Of a DNA stretch of 64,000 bases, positions 8,944 to 17,802 are shown in pieces. The notes beneath the pieces were generated by a model. That model searched no databases. It was not told where the DNA came from and worked only from the letters and a program-made list of their open reading frames with translations. The position numbers and the translations under genes are program-made. Every line of letters starts with the position of its first letter. Position 1 is the first letter of the stretch. This stretch comes from Oceanispirochaeta sp. (GTDB taxonomy: Bacteria; Spirochaetota; Spirochaetia; DSM-2461), in NCBI GenBank assembly GCA_963663385.2, contig CAXXXD010000003.1, positions 1,152,001 to 1,216,000 on the forward strand. Direction: 5' to 3'.

Positions 8944-11744
8944 GACGCTTCCCTTTTAAACAGAGACCTTTTTTTCTCCTGCTTCTGATGCTGCTGGTGG
9001 CTCTCTTCCTGATGAGGCAGGCCTCTTTTTCCTACTACCCTGAAAGCAACACCCGGATAATCAGTATTACTATTGAGTTCAGGGGAACCTTTCAGGAGGG
9101 AATCGAACAAATCATCACCATCCCCCTTGAGGATGAGCTTGTTACCCTGGAGGGCCTGAAAAATATCAGTTCCGTATCGGAAAATGAAAAAGCTTCTCTC
9201 ACTCTGCTTTTTGAAGATGAAACTGATCTGAATCAGGCTTACCTGGATGTGCGGGAGTGTGTGGAACGGATCTCCGCAGGTTTTCCGGATCAGGTTCAGA
9301 AACCGCGCATCCTGAAAAGCGACAATAATGCCGCCCCTGTTTTTATCCTGATGTGTCCGAGTCCGTCCCTCCGGAATGAGGAGGAGATTAAAAATATCTT
9401 CAGAAATATCCCCGGTACGGGACAGATCGATGTAGGGGGAGCGCCCCGTAAAGATACAGTACTTCTTATGGATAGGGAGAAAATGCTCTCCTATAAACTC
9501 TCTCCCCCGGGGATTGCAGGGGCCCTCAGCCGACAGAACCGGATTGTAAGCGTTTTGATGGCCCCGGGGTATTCCCTTACGGGAGATATGAGATTCAAGG
9601 GGCTGGATGATTTTTCCGAGGCTATGGTAAAACCGGATACAAAGCTGAGCTTTCTGGGTCAGGCCGTATGGAAGAACGCTCCTTCCGAGGTGATTTCACG
9701 GGTAAACGGGGAGGAGAAAACTCTTATAGGAATCAGGCAGACAGGGGATGCCAATACCATAGAGCTGTGCCGTAAACTCAGAGAGGCTTCATCCGTTCTG
9801 GAATCTCCCCAAATCCTCTATGACAAGGGCTCTCTTATGGAGAAAGCTCTGAAAGAGGTGGGAACAGCTATCCTGATCGGGGTTGTGACTGTTTTCCTTA
9901 CAACCTGTTTTTTTCTGGGAAGCCGATGGAATGCCTTTCTTCTCAGTCTGAATATCCCTTTTTCCATCCTCTGCGCCCTGGGTATTCTATCGGCTCTGGG
10001 AAAGGACATCGATATAATGGTCCTGTCCGGGGTGGCTGTCGCCACGGGGCTGATCATTGACGGGGGAGTCGTCTTTCTGGAGTGCGGGCCGGTGGTAGGA
10101 CGGAAACCCCTTGTGTATTCACTTATGTCCACGCTTCTGGTTTTCACCGCACTGATTTTTCTGCCCCTTTCGGTAAAAAAAATGTTTGGCAGCATTATCT
10201 GGCCCATTACCCTGATCCTTGCCCTGTCTCTCTTCTATATTTTTTCAATCCTTAAAGAGGCCATGATATATCAGGAGGATGCATTCGGTTTCAAAAACCT
10301 TCCTGTCAGGGCCCTTTTTGATCATATTCGGAATAAGCGTGTTCTATTCATTACTGCAACCGCAGGTATTCTTGTTCTTTCCCTGTTTTCCGCTTTCAAT
10401 GTAAACCTTCAAAAGGATCTGATCCTGCCGGATAACAGCCTTTTTTTTACAGTGGAATACCCGGCGGGTACAACAAAAGAACTCGTAGCAAAAGATCTGT
10501 CTCCGCTTGAAGAACAGCTGAAGGAGCTGGATGAAATCCGGTATTTTTCCACAGAATTCCGCAGTGAAAAAGGCTCTTTTAATCTTCAGCTCCAAAAAGG
10601 ACTTTCGGTTAAACAGATGGATTCCCTGAAAAAAAGGATAAGGGAAATGAACCGAACCAGAGGCGGTTCTCTGTTTTTCAGGGAACCCGACCGTAGCAAA
10701 ACCTACGATATAACCCTTCTGGGGCATAACAGGAAGGAGCTGTATACAACAGCCAGAACGCTATCGGCGGCCCTCCAGGCGGAAAGTACGGGCCATGTAA
10801 TCCTGCATTTTAAAGAAAGGCCTGATGATTTGTGTCTGACTGTGGATATTCCCTCCCTGGGGCAGGTCCTGTTGACTCCGCGGGCTATTTTTCAAAAGCT
10901 CTCCCGCACCCTTAATCATCCGGTCTGGTTAAAATGGGTACCCCCTGATTCTGCCAGACGGGAGCAGGAACGTTATGATGTAAGGATATTTTCCCGGGAG
11001 GATAATATAACAGACGAACAGGATATACGGGATATGCTGATTCTAGACGAATCGGGAGAGCCTCAAGTTCTGGGGCCGTTTATCAAGGTGGAAGAGAGAG
11101 AGAGTTTCGGGCGCATACGGCATGAGCGGGGAGTGCGGTCGGTCAGCCTGTCTCTGGCAGGTTCTTCTTTATCCCGCAGGGATCAGAAGGCGGCTGTAGC
11201 CGGGGCGCTGAATAAAATGGATATTCCCCCCGGGATTACCATTAACCACGGACGGGAGTATAAGGAAGAACAGGAAACCGCCCTGTTTCTGACATCAGCA
11301 CTTGTTCTGGCAATGGTACTTCTGTTTATTCTCCTCATATTCCTTTTTGAGGCAATTAGAATTCCCCTGCTGCTTTTTATACAGATACCACTGTCTCTTC
11401 TTCTGCCTCTTATGACTCTTTATTTTCTGAGTATCCCCCTGTCTCTTCCTGTATTTTTTGCCCTTATTCTTGTCATCGGTATTTCCGTTAATAATGGAAT
11501 TGTGTTGTTTAATGGCATGGGGAAGGGAGATCTGGATAGGGATAGTGTTATCCGTTCTTTTGAAGCCCACGGGAGTTCCCTGATAATCTCTCTGACCACA
11601 ACTGTAGCCGGGGTGATTCCTCTGCTGTTTACGGGAGACGGAACAGCATCACCCCTCTGGGGGCTCTCTCTGACAATCTGTATGGGACTTGCCGGTTCGG
11701 TTCTGTTTCTTCTGATACTGACACCATTGCTGATAAGGGAGTAA
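8940..11744 (+). CDS. RND transporter permease subunit 2 (divergent)
   Basis: IEQIITIPLEDEL, SRVNG, TM4 GLIIDGGVVFLE, TM10 GISVNNGIVL; RND-like hydrophobic pattern. Confidence 0.85.
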   Translation: MRRFPFKQRPFFLLLLMLLVALFLMRQASFSYYPESNTRIISITIEFRGTFQEGIEQIITIPLEDELVTLEGLKNISSVSENEKASLTLLFEDETDLNQAYLDVRECVERISAGFPDQVQKPRILKSDNNAAPVFILMCPSPSLRNEEEIKNIFRNIPGTGQIDVGGAPRKDTVLLMDREKMLSYKLSPPGIAGALSRQNRIVSVLMAPGYSLTGDMRFKGLDDFSEAMVKPDTKLSFLGQAVWKNAPSEVISRVNGEEKTLIGIRQTGDANTIELCRKLREASSVLESPQILYDKGSLMEKALKEVGTAILIGVVTVFLTTCFFLGSRWNAFLLSLNIPFSILCALGILSALGKDIDIMVLSGVAVATGLIIDGGVVFLECGPVVGRKPLVYSLMSTLLVFTALIFLPLSVKKMFGSIIWPITLILALSLFYIFSILKEAMIYQEDAFGFKNLPVRALFDHIRNKRVLFITATAGILVLSLFSAFNVNLQKDLILPDNSLFFTVEYPAGTTKELVAKDLSPLEEQLKELDEIRYFSTEFRSEKGSFNLQLQKGLSVKQMDSLKKRIREMNRTRGGSLFFREPDRSKTYDITLLGHNRKELYTTARTLSAALQAESTGHVILHFKERPDDLCLTVDIPSLGQVLLTPRAIFQKLSRTLNHPVWLKWVPPDSARREQERYDVRIFSREDNITDEQDIRDMLILDESGEPQVLGPFIKVEERESFGRIRHERGVRSVSLSLAGSSLSRRDQKAAVAGALNKMDIPPGITINHGREYKEEQETALFLTSALVLAMVLLFILLIFLFEAIRIPLLLFIQIPLSLLLPLMTLYFLSIPLSLPVFFALILVIGISVNNGIVLFNGMGKGDLDRDSVIRSFEAHGSSLIISLTTTVAGVIPLLFTGDGTASPLWGLSLTICMGLAGSVLFLLILTPLLIRE

Positions 11745-11764
11745 TTAAAAAATCAAAAGGGCAT

Positions 11765-11803
11765 AAAAAAAGCCCGTAAGTCTGGACGTTGAATCTTACG
11801 GAC
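11765..11803 (-). terminator. Rho-independent terminator on the minus strand
   Basis: Minus strand GTCCGTAAG-N14-CTTACGGGC followed by T7. Confidence 0.75.
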
Positions 11804-11835
11804 CTGATATAGCAATAAACACATATTGTGTTCCC
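11765..11835 (-). ncRNA. Candidate sigma28-dependent small RNA (~70 nt)
   Basis: Bounded by a TAAA-N15-GCCGAT promoter and an intrinsic terminator; no gene fits between them. Confidence 0.45.
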
Positions 11836-11840
11836 TTTTA

Positions 11841-11867
11841 AAATCGGCCTGTAAGAAAGAACCTTTA
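11841..11867 (-). promoter_or_regulatory. Sigma28 (FliA)-type promoter
   Basis: Minus strand TAAA-ggttctttcttacag-GCCGATTT; matches TAAA-N15-GCCGATAA except the last two bases. Confidence 0.7.
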
Positions 11868-11875
11868 ATGAAAAA

Positions 11876-13663
11876 TTATTTTTTTGGCAAATTCAGTTCA
11901 TTTAAATGGAATTCAAGACTCTCTTTCAGGCTGCCGTAGAAGCGGGTGGATTGTCTGATGATTTCCCCGGGTGATTTCCTCTTTCGGGAATCCGCCAGAA
12001 AGCTTTCTAGAAGAGGGAGGAGAAAGAACCCTGCAATTTCCCGTCCTCCCAGGGAGAGAATCTTTCTGTCAATCTGTTCCAGCTGTTTAAAATCTCCGCT
12101 GTTAACAGCCTTCTCATCCATACGGCTGGAAATCTCCCAGCCTTCGGCAGATAAGCTCAGCAGTTCCCCCAGCTCCTTTCTTAATCCCTCAAGAGCCGCT
12201 GCAACATCTTCACGGCTTGTTCGGGCTTTCATAAGGGATACCTCTTTAAGGAGGGTGTCAAGAGCTTTCCGTATAACAGGGTATTCTCTGAGTTCTGCTA
12301 CATCCCGGCAGGGCATTCCTTCCAGACGTATTCCACGCTCTGAAAGGTTTCCGGTTTGAACTTCAGGGTGTTCTTTCATCTGTTTTTCAAACCAGGAAAT
12401 ATAGATTTTCATCCTCTGGTCAGTCAGGATTGTCTCTCCCCTGTAATCTTCCGCTACGTAGGGATTCCCGCTCCATAGAGCCTGCCAGCCTGCGTTATCA
12501 ACGGGATTGAATCTCCGGCTGAATGTATGAACCCTCTCTTCAAAAGTGCTGCCCCTGTAATGGGTCTGCCTGTCCGGAAAACCAAGATCCAGGCCGGCAC
12601 AGAATATTTCCCTGCAGCCCATTACTCTGATCAGATCCCAGGCTGCCGTGGCTACCGAACCGCCGGATTTCAGTTTACCCTTTGTTTCCGTATGCTTTTC
12701 CAGATATTGTCCCAGGGGGAAGGGGGTGGAGCAGAAAAACAGGGGGCCTTCGGTTCGGCGAAAAACCGACGGGTAGGTGGATACGTCCGAAACCAGAATG
12801 GATTTTTTTATATTGCACCTGTCCAGGTGACGGGTATTCCAGTACTGGGGATCAGTCAGGACAGTAAAGTCCGGTTCAACACCCCATTCCAGGCAGGCCC
12901 TGAGAGCCGTGTCTACACAAACCAGGAGCATCCTCTCCCGCAGATCCTTCAGGCGGGGGAGAATTGCATTCAGCCCCGGGCCTGCTGCAATCAGAAGGGC
13001 CGGTACCCCCCGAAATTGGTCTTTCAGGGATTTCACAGCGGCGGCCCGGCTTAATAGCTCCGCATTCCGGCTGATATTGCTGATCCAGAGGCGGTTGAAC
13101 TTCCGGTGAGTATTGGTGTTAATCTCTCTTTTTGCCAGGTAGTCCCTGACGCACTTGTCCAGGTTGTCGTAATACTCTCTGTTGGCAAGATAGAGAGGTC
13201 TGAGCATACAGGATTGGATTCGGGTCGTTTTTATCTTACTCAGAAGAATCGTGACATCCTCCGGTTTGCTCCCCAGGAGGATGCTGAAAGAGTCGGAAGA
13301 GAAAAGCTTCGTATAGTCCCTGGCGCTGATGGCGTGACGGAACTGGGTTATATCCGGTTCGATAAGGGTAAAAAGAGCGTCGGGGTAACGGAACTGGAAC
13401 GCCTCAATCTGATACCCCAGACCGAAACCGTAAAACAGGCAGTAGTCCGTTTCCGGATCAATTTCCCTGTCTATCAGTTTTTCTGCTTCCTTCTCCGGGT
13501 TATGACGGGAGTGGATGAATATGCCGTCCTTTTTCAGGGTAATCCCGCCGCTCCTGGCCGGCTGAATTTCATAATCCCCGGAAAGGGGGGCATCTTTCAC
13601 AACCTTCTCAATCCCGGGGAAACGGCCCTTGAGGGCCCGGAGGTTAATTTCATAATAGTTCAT
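11876..13663 (-). CDS. Motility-associated factor Maf (DUF115) glycosyltransferase family
   Basis: IHSRHNPEKEA, YGFGLGY, IAAGPGL, CVDTAL, GGSVAT, GLDLGF motifs. Confidence 0.85.
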   Translation of the reverse strand: MNYYEINLRALKGRFPGIEKVVKDAPLSGDYEIQPARSGGITLKKDGIFIHSRHNPEKEAEKLIDREIDPETDYCLFYGFGLGYQIEAFQFRYPDALFTLIEPDITQFRHAISARDYTKLFSSDSFSILLGSKPEDVTILLSKIKTTRIQSCMLRPLYLANREYYDNLDKCVRDYLAKREINTNTHRKFNRLWISNISRNAELLSRAAAVKSLKDQFRGVPALLIAAGPGLNAILPRLKDLRERMLLVCVDTALRACLEWGVEPDFTVLTDPQYWNTRHLDRCNIKKSILVSDVSTYPSVFRRTEGPLFFCSTPFPLGQYLEKHTETKGKLKSGGSVATAAWDLIRVMGCREIFCAGLDLGFPDRQTHYRGSTFEERVHTFSRRFNPVDNAGWQALWSGNPYVAEDYRGETILTDQRMKIYISWFEKQMKEHPEVQTGNLSERGIRLEGMPCRDVAELREYPVIRKALDTLLKEVSLMKARTSREDVAAALEGLRKELGELLSLSAEGWEISSRMDEKAVNSGDFKQLEQIDRKILSLGGREIAGFFLLPLLESFLADSRKRKSPGEIIRQSTRFYGSLKESLEFHLNELNLPKK

Positions 13664-15552
13664 TTGAATTCCAGATAGACAGTTGTTTCTTCACTTATCT
13701 CTTCACCTGCAGGGGGAAACTGAAAAACAACCCATCCCTCTCCCTGAAAGTTCACGGGGATTTCCCTGTTGTTCAGAAGAAAAAGGGCATCCCTTTTGGA
13801 CATACCTGTAAAATCAGGAAGAGTTTCCTTTATCTCCTCTTTATCACCGGACGGAATGGTAACCGATCCTGAGTGTTCCAGAACCTGATTGCCCTCAATC
13901 ACGATGCCGTAGTAGGGCGACAGGGCTTCGGCCAGCTCCTTGACAATGGGAGAAGCAATCCTTCCGCCGTAGTAACTCTGCCCCTTGGGATACTGGATTA
14001 TTACATAGATAATCAGTTTCGGGTCCTCCGTCGGGAAAATAGCCAGTACGGAAGCCATATAATCCTCGTCCGAGTAGGTCCCCGTTTCCGGATCTATCTT
14101 CTGGGCTGTACCGGACTTTCCGGAAATTCTTAGTCCAGGTACCTGGGCACGCCGCACGGTTCCCTGAGGAGACGATACGACCTGTTCCATCATCAAAAGT
14201 ATACTTTCGGCCACTTCGGGAGAAACAACTTCCCTTACAGGTTCTCTTTCGTACTTTTTGATAATTTCACCTTCCGGAGAAACCACTCTATCGATAATGT
14301 GCGGTTTGAGCAGAACCCCGCTGTTGGTAAAAACAGTGGCTGCCGTGATCATCTGCAGAGCGGAAACACCGATCTCCTGTCCCATCGCGATAGTCGGTTT
14401 GGACCGGATCGACCACTTCTGGGGGGGGCCCAGAATTCCGTTGGACTCTCCCGTCAGGGGCAGTCCGGTTTTTTTGCCGAAACCGAAGTTTTTCAGCATA
14501 TTGTAGTGATCCGTAGCGGACACACTGTCCGAAGCGAGCGCCGTGCCCACATTGCTGGAGTGAACAAGAATCCCTGTGGGATCAAGTATGCCGTAGTTAC
14601 CCAGGTCGGTTATGGGAGGGATATTATATTTTTTGAAAATCTCGGGATTATAGGAATGACTGGTATCAAAACGGTCCTGAGGCTTAACCCCGCCCAGTTC
14701 CATAAAGGTCGCCATGGAAAAGATCTTCATAACAGATCCCGGCTCATAGGTCAGAGTAACGGGAAGGTTGTTTCTCTCCTGAGCGGAATAGGAGGAGAAA
14801 TTATTGGGATCAAATGAGGGGAGGGAAACGTAACTGTAGAATTCCCCCGTTTTCGCGCCCATAACCAGTATCATCAAACCTTCCGGTTTATGCTCCTTAA
14901 AGGCTTTCAGAGCAATCTGCTCGGTTATATACTGAGTATTCAGATCTATGGTCAGGTAGACATCATTTCCATACAGGATTTTTTCCTCTCCCGTTGTAAT
15001 GGAAGGAGGGGCCAGTACCTGGTTGAAGGTATACTCAATCCCCTCAAGGCCTGTATTATCAGTCCCTGCGTAACCTATCAGGTGGGCTGCAAGTTCTTTT
15101 TCCGGGTAGTTTCTTCCGTGTTCTTTTTCCAGACGGATACCCGGCAGCTTCCCCTCATTCATAAGGGCTGTAAGGTTTTTTGATTCTGTCGGTGAAATGA
15201 GTCTCTTGATATAGAGAAACCCCTGCCTTGTCGAATCGTTGAAACGTTCGGACAGGGCACTCCTGTCAAGATCCAGGGTTTCGGCCAGAAGCCTTGCCGT
15301 CTCCTCCCTGTCTTTGAATTCAGGTATCCAGCCGGTTACCGAATCCAGTCTGGTCTGGATCGCCAGAAGCCTTCCGTTCCGGTCGTAAATGCCGCCACGT
15401 TCCATTGTAGGAAACTGGGGTGTATCCCGCGGCGTCCTGTTTGCCGGATTCAGCATGATAAACCCGTATTGAACAATTAAGGCAAAGGTTACTGTAAAGA
15501 GGATTATAAGGAAAATTCTGAAACGTCTGGTATTAATGTCAGTAGAACTCAA
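13660..15552 (-). CDS. Class B penicillin-binding protein (FtsI-like) with C-terminal PASTA domain
   Basis: RGGIYDRNG, GLEGIE, YEPGSVMK (SxxK), SSN, KSGTAQ; LPDFTGMS PASTA-like end; TTG start overlaps lepB stop. Confidence 0.92.
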   Translation of the reverse strand: MSSTDINTRRFRIFLIILFTVTFALIVQYGFIMLNPANRTPRDTPQFPTMERGGIYDRNGRLLAIQTRLDSVTGWIPEFKDREETARLLAETLDLDRSALSERFNDSTRQGFLYIKRLISPTESKNLTALMNEGKLPGIRLEKEHGRNYPEKELAAHLIGYAGTDNTGLEGIEYTFNQVLAPPSITTGEEKILYGNDVYLTIDLNTQYITEQIALKAFKEHKPEGLMILVMGAKTGEFYSYVSLPSFDPNNFSSYSAQERNNLPVTLTYEPGSVMKIFSMATFMELGGVKPQDRFDTSHSYNPEIFKKYNIPPITDLGNYGILDPTGILVHSSNVGTALASDSVSATDHYNMLKNFGFGKKTGLPLTGESNGILGPPQKWSIRSKPTIAMGQEIGVSALQMITAATVFTNSGVLLKPHIIDRVVSPEGEIIKKYEREPVREVVSPEVAESILLMMEQVVSSPQGTVRRAQVPGLRISGKSGTAQKIDPETGTYSDEDYMASVLAIFPTEDPKLIIYVIIQYPKGQSYYGGRIASPIVKELAEALSPYYGIVIEGNQVLEHSGSVTIPSGDKEEIKETLPDFTGMSKRDALFLLNNREIPVNFQGEGWVVFQFPPAGEEISEETTVYLEFK

Positions 15553-16049
15553 TAGATTTTCCTAAGTGGGGCGCTTATTACCTTTCCCAGTATATCAGAT
15601 GTGGAAATATAACCATAGTCCCTGGAATCAACAGAATGGAAAGGATTATCACCCAGTACCATAATATAGTTTTCCGGAATTACAGGATTCTGGCTCAGAC
15701 GTTTCTGCTGGGTGTCTGTTAAAAAGAATTCCTGTTCTCCCACAACCAGCCAGCCAGCCCTGTTTATCTCAATCGATTCTCCGGAAAGAAGGCGGCAGCG
15801 CTTTACTACAAGTCTGTTATCGTCGGGAGTTCGAAATATGACAATGTCATTTTCACGGGGGGATCTGTCTATATGGAAAAAACTCTTATAGGCCAGTTTG
15901 TTCACCAGGATAGTCTGTCCATTATGCAGAACAGGCTCCATTGAGTTTTCCTGTACCTGTAGTATATCGAAACAGGAGAACAGGATCAGGGCGGTCAAGA
16001 GAATTATACCCACCGGTCCACCGTAATGATAGATAAGTTTCAGAATCAT
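15549..16049 (-). CDS. lepB: Signal peptidase I
   Basis: NSMEP (Ser), VVKR (Lys), GDN...S.DSRDYG. Confidence 0.9.
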   Translation of the reverse strand: MILKLIYHYGGPVGIILLTALILFSCFDILQVQENSMEPVLHNGQTILVNKLAYKSFFHIDRSPRENDIVIFRTPDDNRLVVKRCRLLSGESIEINRAGWLVVGEQEFFLTDTQQKRLSQNPVIPENYIMVLGDNPFHSVDSRDYGYISTSDILGKVISAPLRKIY

Positions 16050-16106
16050 ATATCAAGTTATATTAATACACACCCTTATTTTTGTCGATATATTGGGTAG
16101 TTTATT

Positions 16107-17213
16107 ATGATTGTAGCAATGAACCGTCAGGAGCTTGATAAAGTGACTGAAAGAAAGGTAAAGCATAAAAAGTCTCATGCCGGGGGAAACAGAAAGTTCA
16201 TATCCCTTGCCGGATCAGCAGGGGAACCGGCTATTACAGAGATCATTCTGCGCGGTGGTAATACATCTGTCTGTATGATGGCACTTGTATTGTTCCTATT
16301 TCTCTGCGGTCTTGATCTGCCGTATAATAATATGGCTACAGCCTATGTTCCCGGTTTGAAAAATCTGGAAATCCCCGAGAACATCATACTGGAAAATCTT
16401 GATATTAAAACATTGCGGGCTGATACGGGGATCCGAACTCCTGAAAGGGTGACCGCTGATAAGACCATTCTCTGGGATATCCCGAGTTTTACCTATGTCA
16501 TTAATAAAGGGGATACCATTTCCCAGATATCCCGGCAGTATCATATCAGTCTGAGCACTATTTTAAGTGTAAATAAAATTGATAATGTTAAGAAGATGAG
16601 CCCCGGTCACGTGCTGATCATTCCCGAACTGGAAGGGATTCTGTATACCTGTTCCAAAGATGATACGATAGAGTCCCTGATCGAAGCCTATAAAATTGAA
16701 ATAAGTGAACTGATTCAGCATAATCCCTATATGTATCTGGAAAATGGTGAATTTGTGCTGAAGAGCGGACAGGAAGTATTTATTCCCGGGGTTAGAATCC
16801 CTGAGGGGGATCTCAGGGAACAGATGGGTGAGCTTTTTATCTTTCCCGTTCAGGGAGGCGTTATTAAGGGATTCGGCAGTATTGTAGACTGTGTGACGCA
16901 GATTGAATCGTTTCATAATGGCATAGATATTAAAGGATCTTTGGGAGATCCGGTTAAAGCATCTCTGGATGGGAGGGTTATTGCTGTGGGATTTAATTCG
17001 TCCTACGGTAATTATATTATACTTGAGCATACAGGCGGGTACAGGAGTTTATACGCTCAGTTAGAGAAAAGCAATGTAAGAAGGAACGATAAAGTATTAC
17101 AGGGTGAGATAATAGCGAATGTTGGAGCCAGCGGGTATGCCAGAGAAGCACATTTGCATTTTTCACTCTTTAAAGGTAAGAAAAGTATTGATCCATTGGA
17201 CTATCTGCACTAA
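16107..17213 (+). CDS. LysM + M23 family peptidoglycan endopeptidase
   Basis: Two LysM-like repeats (YVINKGDTISQI, YTCSKDDTIESL); HNGID and HLHF zinc motifs; start may instead be ATG 16119. Confidence 0.88.
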   Translation: MIVAMNRQELDKVTERKVKHKKSHAGGNRKFISLAGSAGEPAITEIILRGGNTSVCMMALVLFLFLCGLDLPYNNMATAYVPGLKNLEIPENIILENLDIKTLRADTGIRTPERVTADKTILWDIPSFTYVINKGDTISQISRQYHISLSTILSVNKIDNVKKMSPGHVLIIPELEGILYTCSKDDTIESLIEAYKIEISELIQHNPYMYLENGEFVLKSGQEVFIPGVRIPEGDLREQMGELFIFPVQGGVIKGFGSIVDCVTQIESFHNGIDIKGSLGDPVKASLDGRVIAVGFNSSYGNYIILEHTGGYRSLYAQLEKSNVRRNDKVLQGEIIANVGASGYAREAHLHFSLFKGKKSIDPLDYLH

Positions 17214-17256
17214 TATGAATAAGAATGAATAACAGGTTGTCCACAGGTTATCCACC
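17214..17256. promoter_or_regulatory. Cluster of DnaA-box-like 9-mers
   Basis: TTGTCCACA 17237-45 and TTATCCACC 17248-56 on plus; TTATTCATA 17214-22 and TTATTCATT 17224-32 on minus. Confidence 0.4.
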
Positions 17257-17274
17257 CCAGGAGGTTTGACAACA

Positions 17275-17406
17275 ATGAGAAAACTGGTATTCTTTATTAT
17301 TGCGATGTTGGCTCTGTTTAATTTAATCCGGGCTTTCGCAACCTATAACACTCAGACTTATCCTGATGATCCCATGCAGATTATCCAGTATGAGCCTGAA
17401 AGTTAA
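17275..17406 (+). CDS. Small exported or membrane peptide, 43 aa (MRKLVFFIIAMLALFNLIRAFATYNTQTYPDDPMQIIQYEPES), not in the ORF track
   Basis: AGGAGG 10 nt upstream; signal-peptide-like N-terminus ending A-F-A; followed by a terminator. Confidence 0.6.
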   Translation: MRKLVFFIIAMLALFNLIRAFATYNTQTYPDDPMQIIQYEPES

Positions 17407-17444
17407 TCACCTGCTGATTAAACAGGTATTCATAAGAGAATATT

Positions 17445-17478
17445 AAAAAGCCGTTCTGTTTTCAGAACGGCTTTTTTT
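17445..17478. terminator. Bidirectional intrinsic terminator
   Basis: AAAAAGCCGTTCTG-TTTT-CAGAACGGCTTTTTTT between convergent small ORFs. Confidence 0.85.
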
Positions 17479-17482
17479 ATTT

Positions 17483-17665
17483 CTATCTGCTTACTGACAA
17501 AGCGCAGGCACATCTTTGCAGATAACGCTTCATAGAATTCCATCTTTCAGAATTTTCAGTCTGGAGTGTTCCTTTCTCCTTTGTCTCTGTGTGAACCATC
17601 AGTTCCGTTCCCCGTTTCATCAGATGCGAATACATATTGTCTTTTCTGTCAATTGAATTACCCAT
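17483..17665 (-). CDS. Small hypothetical protein (60 aa)
   Basis: AGAGAGG SD upstream; stop lies 5 nt before the bidirectional terminator. Confidence 0.5.
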   Translation of the reverse strand: MGNSIDRKDNMYSHLMKRGTELMVHTETKEKGTLQTENSERWNSMKRYLQRCACALSVSR

Positions 17666-17802
17666 AACTAACCTCTCTCTTGATTCAAGTTCTACAATTA
17701 CTTGTTACAACCTTGCTTACTTTTATACTTGCATTATTGGATACATAAGAGAGCCAATATTATTGTTTTTTATAGGGCCACTATGATTATTTAAAAAGTT
17801 AG

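Noticed and set aside
11753..11824. 23 aa peptide as the product of the sigma28 transcript; also an SRP-like TCAGGTCCG
   Set aside because: The ORF ends beyond the terminator, and the SRP GGAA tetraloop and GCAGC are absent
17214..17256. Replication origin
   Set aside because: Too few and imperfect DnaA boxes, and no dnaA/dnaN/gidA context; kept only as a possible regulatory site
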